Source of the DNA: an uncultured virus (IMG/VR IMGVR_UViG_2703719318_000005)
Lineage: Duplodnaviria > Heunggongvirae > Uroviricota > Caudoviricetes
Virus record (IMG/VR): IMGVR_UViG_2703719318_000005
Reading direction: 5' to 3' (one strand)
Length of the DNA stretch: 64,000 bases
Shown: positions 60,086-64,000 of the stretch, one piece after another
Layout: every line of letters begins with the position of its first letter
Numbering within the stretch: position 1 is the stretch's first letter
The notes under the pieces: model-generated
Database searches by the model: none
Seen by the model: the letters and a program-made list of their open reading frames with translations, nothing else
Told to the model about the DNA's origin: nothing
Program-made: the position numbers and the translations under genes

Positions 60086-60505
60086 TTAATAATTTTTTAA
60101 TACACGCCAAGTATTAGGACCAACGACACCGTCAGAACTTAAACCATGGTTGCTTTGAAAATTCCTAACAGCAGTATCAGTTTCATTACCAAAAATGCCG
60201 TCAGCACTTGTGTAGATATTTGCTAAATATCCTGCACGTTGTAAACACCACTGAACTTGTTCAACGAAATATCCAACATCACCTTCGTGTATAGTACCAC
60301 CTTCAGCTATAATTGTATCGGCAGTTCTGCTATCCCATGAACTACGAAGCTTTGATGATGTAATATTAGATGGTGCTTGTGTAGTTACCTTAGAAGAAGT
60401 TTTGTTTATTTGTTTTGTATTACCAGTAGCAGCAAAAGCACTAGAAGAAATTAAGACAGTAGAAACAATTCCTAAAGATAAAGCTTTTAATTTTAAGTTT
60501 TTCAT
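60086..60505 (-). CDS. Secreted peptidoglycan-binding protein
   Basis: Signal peptide ending AFA; ADGIFG..T..AVRNFQ...GLSSDGVVGPNTW. Confidence 0.85.
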   Translation of the reverse strand: MKNLKLKALSLGIVSTVLISSSAFAATGNTKQINKTSSKVTTQAPSNITSSKLRSSWDSRTADTIIAEGGTIHEGDVGYFVEQVQWCLQRAGYLANIYTSADGIFGNETDTAVRNFQSNHGLSSDGVVGPNTWRVLKNY

Positions 60506-60818
60506 TTTAAATCTCCCTTAAATTTCATTATTTGTATTTTTAATACAAATAAAGTGTACAACTTATCGGAATAAATGTAAAATGATGTATTTGACTGGTT
60601 TTTATTGTAATCATCTAAATAAGATAATCTACGACGATTAAATGTAAAATTGTTACTTTAATTCAAAGTTTATTCGATTTTAAATATAAGGGATGGCACG
60701 AAAAGTAAAAAAATATGGCACAAATGTGATAAAACTTTTGGCATTTTATATGTTAATATACATATATAGTTAGTTGTTGCTGATAACTAACTATATATTA
60801 AAAAACTGGAGGTTAGCA

Positions 60819-61550
60819 ATGATGCTTAATTTATTTAGAAAAAGTAAAGAGTTAAAAGAGAAAAAATGTAAATTCAATAGTGCGGTTAAATTTGCAAATT
60901 CTGTTTTGAATGAGTTTAATAATTCATTAATGCTAGGAAGAATTGATACTAAAGATGTTCAAACACACCCCCTAATTGATGTTGTACGCTTGTTAGGGAG
61001 AAGATTACAAACTCAATATTTATCATACTTATTATTTACAGAAGAGTCAGAAGAAGTGAAAGATATTACTGTAGATGAAATTATGTTTAGTATTTCGGAT
61101 CCATTAACACAAAATGATGAAACTTTATATAATTTGATATCCAAAGTAGATATCAAAAGGAATGTACATTTAAAAAATGATTTGGTTTTGCCGTGGCCAT
61201 GGAAAAGAGAACGCTTAATAAGAACAATTGCTTATATAGGCGAAGGGAAAAAATCTGGGAAATGGAAACAAGACTTTCAAAATCATTTTGTACAACTATG
61301 GTTACCATTAGGTATTGCATGGGTTAATGGTGGAAACCATTCAATAGCTGAAGGAATTGTACAAGGTGAGGGTGTAATAGAAGTTAATGAAATATATGAT
61401 ATAAGCCCATTATATAAATATGTATTTTGTGATGGTTTATATTATAGGAGAATATATGATAACAGTATAATTTCACCTGTTAAGAATGTTGAATTTGCAG
61501 CAATATTTGAAATAGGACGCATTATGATAAAAAATTCTATTTCCTTTTAA
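60819..61550 (+). CDS. Conserved hypothetical protein (DUF6710-like)
   Basis: LPWPWKRERL, WKQD..NH, GGNHSI motifs. Confidence 0.6.
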   Translation: MMLNLFRKSKELKEKKCKFNSAVKFANSVLNEFNNSLMLGRIDTKDVQTHPLIDVVRLLGRRLQTQYLSYLLFTEESEEVKDITVDEIMFSISDPLTQNDETLYNLISKVDIKRNVHLKNDLVLPWPWKRERLIRTIAYIGEGKKSGKWKQDFQNHFVQLWLPLGIAWVNGGNHSIAEGIVQGEGVIEVNEIYDISPLYKYVFCDGLYYRRIYDNSIISPVKNVEFAAIFEIGRIMIKNSISF

Positions 61551-61567
61551 GATAAGAAATAATTTTT

Positions 61568-61957
61568 TTATTTCTTCCCATACTTCTTTAAAAGAAACTC
61601 TACATATGTAAGGGTTTCTTCATTAATATCCTCACAAGAGTTTATCCAGCCTAAGTTTTTAAGACCAAGCTTTATGTAGTCTTTAATACTTTCAAGTTGG
61701 GTATTCTCTTTTTGGTTATCTAAATATCCTGCATAAATTAATAGCTGTTCTTTATCCAGATCTAATCCAGTAGCAAGTTTAACCACGGTATCCGTGTCAG
61801 ATGTAGTTATACTGCCTTTTTCAATTCTGCTAATTGTAGTATTGCTTAAGCCTGTCAACTCAGAAAGTTTTCTTTGAGAATATCCTCTAAGTTCACGTAT
61901 TCTTTTTAGATATTGTCTGAAAGTTTCATTTTCTGTTTTTAATAATTTATTCTCCAT
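61568..61957 (-). CDS. XRE-family regulator
   Basis: LKRIRELRGYSQRKLSELTGLSNTTISRIEKG. Confidence 0.88.
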   Translation of the reverse strand: MENKLLKTENETFRQYLKRIRELRGYSQRKLSELTGLSNTTISRIEKGSITTSDTDTVVKLATGLDLDKEQLLIYAGYLDNQKENTQLESIKDYIKLGLKNLGWINSCEDINEETLTYVEFLLKKYGKK

Positions 61958-62021
61958 AACGCACCTCACCCAAATACTAATATGTAAATTATACCATTAA
62001 ATATATATTTAAGGTAACCTA

Positions 62022-62570
62022 AAAAATAAAAGCTCCAGCAATTCACTGAAGCTCTTACGTAAACAAATTAGATGTTTTGGAGTATGATTCAAAATGAAAC
62101 ATAGTTGTAAATATAGAAATGAATGTATCCCACGCACATAATTAATATGCGTTAAAAAATAAATACTATACACATTAAGGAATTTGTTATCTTTGTAAGG
62201 TGTATTAATAAGCAAAAAGGACGAGGGGGTTAGTTCACGTCCTTATATATATATAAATTATTAATTTGGAAAAAATGATATCTTATGTTGCATTTTTATT
62301 ATTACCAAAATGAATTAATGTATGTAAACATATTTAATAATTAAGCTAGAAATGCACATGATAAATAAGGAATAAAATTAATTTTAGGAGCTGTTTAAAT
62401 GAAAATATTAGGCATAGTGTTTATTGTAATAAGTATCATATCAGGTATTGCAGCAACAAAATTAACTGGTGAGATTGGAATAATCACTGTAATTGCATGC
62501 ATGGTTTTTGGATTGGCAGGAATAGGAGTTATGTTTAAGAAGGAAAAATAAAAGCTCCAGCAATTCACTG
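62022..62570. repeat. 27-bp direct repeat with hairpin character, two copies
   Basis: AAAAATAAAAGCTCCAGCAATTCACTG at 62022-62048 and 62544-62570. Confidence 0.8.
62399..62551 (+). CDS. 50-aa two-helix membrane peptide
   Basis: AGGAG RBS; MKILGIVFIVISIISGIAATKLTGEIGIITVIACMVFGLAGIGVMFKKEK. Confidence 0.65.
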   Translation: MKILGIVFIVISIISGIAATKLTGEIGIITVIACMVFGLAGIGVMFKKEK

Positions 62571-62666
62571 GAACTTTCACCTATATTTGATAAGAGAATA
62601 TTTTTAATAGTTAGTTTATCCATTTCTTAATTATTGCCATAACCTAGATAAGTATACATATTAAAA

Positions 62667-63749
62667 TTAAATATCCTCATGAGATTTTTTACGTGATATT
62701 TTTCTATAGTCCTTATATGAAGTAAGTAGTTCTTTTATCTCATATATCACTAAAAGTGAAGGTACTTCCATCTCAGTTAGAAATTCATCTAAAGCTAATT
62801 TTTCTCCATCTGCATCATCCTCAAGTTTCAAGTTATAAAGTATTCCGTACCCTTGTCTTATACGCTTGTTTGATATAGCTAACTCTATAGTTTTAAATAC
62901 TTCATAATTTGCTATATCTGTATCTTTGAAAGTATACTTCAAGACTTCTACAATTCCAGAGCTGTCCATTTCCCTTATATCCGCAATAAAACAATCTTCT
63001 ATTTTAAAATTACTATAGTTTTTCTCATTTACTCGTAGTTCTTTAAAGTACATAGTCCATAGTTTCATAATCTGTATATCAATTAAACTATAAAAATTAT
63101 AAGATTTTCTTTTATCACTGTACTCTCCGACAATATTTTTTTGAAATAAACTAGGATCGTATTCATGACTGAAAAATAAGCAATGAAAATGTGGATGATA
63201 AGTATTACTTTCTTCGTTATAGGTAATTTCAAGTACTTTTAAAGCACCTTCAAACCCCATTAATCTATCCTTAAAACCTTTTGTGGTTTTGCCTTCTAAA
63301 TCGTATGAATACGCACCGAATAATTTTTTAAAAGATTTATTCATTTTTTCTATTGTTCTTTTAAGTTCTATTCCTTGTACATTAGGAATTGTAAGTGTAA
63401 CCAAGTAAGGGTAATATCCATCTAGCAGTAGATTATTAAGCGGTACTTTAAGATTATGAATGGCACAGGCTAAATTAAATTTGCGGCAATTGGGACAAAA
63501 ACGGTTATTCATGCACCTGTTAACTTTTTGTAAGTCTAATAACTTATTATTTTTATATAGATCCCAAAGCCATATATCCATACAGTTTTTTATACGTTCA
63601 CTTTTCTTCTTTAAAGTTTCGGAATATGCAAAATGCTGTTCGCTTCTCATTTCTTCACTCATTCTTATATACCATGCTGCATATTTACTATTATAGTCAA
63701 TTCTTTTTTGCTCCATTTTTTCAAGAGTTTCGTTCTCAAAATCCATCAA
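62667..63749 (-). CDS. rep: Rolling-circle replication initiator (Rep_1 / pC194 family)
   Basis: C..RFCPNC, LVTLTIPN (motif I), LEITYN..YHPHFH (HUH), EVLKYTFKD (motif III). Confidence 0.9.
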   Translation of the reverse strand: MMDFENETLEKMEQKRIDYNSKYAAWYIRMSEEMRSEQHFAYSETLKKKSERIKNCMDIWLWDLYKNNKLLDLQKVNRCMNNRFCPNCRKFNLACAIHNLKVPLNNLLLDGYYPYLVTLTIPNVQGIELKRTIEKMNKSFKKLFGAYSYDLEGKTTKGFKDRLMGFEGALKVLEITYNEESNTYHPHFHCLFFSHEYDPSLFQKNIVGEYSDKRKSYNFYSLIDIQIMKLWTMYFKELRVNEKNYSNFKIEDCFIADIREMDSSGIVEVLKYTFKDTDIANYEVFKTIELAISNKRIRQGYGILYNLKLEDDADGEKLALDEFLTEMEVPSLLVIYEIKELLTSYKDYRKISRKKSHEDI

Positions 63750-63818
63750 CCATGCTCCCTTAAGCTTATTAAGTCTGCAATCCCTTTATTTAAGCCAAAA
63801 TTACACTTGTTTGTATAA

Positions 63819-63912
63819 GTATCGAGTATATATAAAAGACTACTAGGCATTAGCATCGAAACCGTTCTACTATTTATGCTGACGCACGAAATTTTCGATG
63901 CTAATGCCTAGT
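63819..63912 (-). other. Putative double-strand origin and large hairpin
   Basis: Minus strand GTCTTTTATATATACTCGATAC resembles the pC194-type nick site CTTGATA; 20-bp perfect inverted repeat at 63842-63861/63893-63912. Confidence 0.6.
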
Positions 63913-64000
63913 GTTGTAATAAAGCACGTCCTTAACGAAATTGTAATTTGCCGAAAAATAGGGGCTTTCAAACTTAATTGGCTTACTGGTAGTCCCATCC

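Larger units (their letters stand above)
3494..61969. mobile_element. Siphovirus prophage (HK97-type head) inserted in sigK; right boundary not located
   Basis: Ordered integrase, lysogeny, replication, packaging, head, tail, lysis and accessory modules. Confidence 0.9.

Noticed and set aside
57377..64000. 3' part of sigK / prophage attR
   Set aside because: No ISL..IL or TQREIA..LGISRSYVSRIEK coding sequence seen by eye, so the right boundary is left uncalled
1..64000. tRNA or rRNA genes
   Set aside because: No cloverleaf or rRNA-like sequence recognised by eye; a tRNAscan-SE run would be needed to exclude them

Overview
AT-rich Clostridium-like DNA. The left ~3.4 kb is the right end of a skin-type element: two SDR genes, a small ORF and a SpoIVCA-like large serine recombinase. 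Next comes a 99-bp internal fragment of the sporulation sigma factor gene sigK (3395-3493, IENEILMLIR...DPIGVDKEGNE), which the ORF track misses. A second, convergent serine integrase follows at once and starts an apparently complete ~55-58 kb HK97-type siphoprophage. sigK therefore appears to be interrupted twice, by two different excisable elements; neither the 5' nor the 3' piece of sigK is in the window. The phage lysogeny module contains an arbitrium-like cassette: an HTH-TPR (RRNPP-like) receptor, an unannotated 34-aa secreted pro-peptide, an inverted repeat, and a promoter with a small ORF pointing into the repressor gene. The phage also carries an AbrB-like regulator, RecT/RecU, two methyltransferases, a PAPS-reductase-family gene behind a structured ~230-nt leader, a Tad1 anti-Thoeris sponge, full head, tail and lysis modules, and a 3-gene candidate defence operon ending in a PD-(D/E)xK nuclease. 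The window ends in a rolling-circle (pC194-type Rep) element with a dso-like site. All family assignments come from motif recognition by eye; no database search was run.
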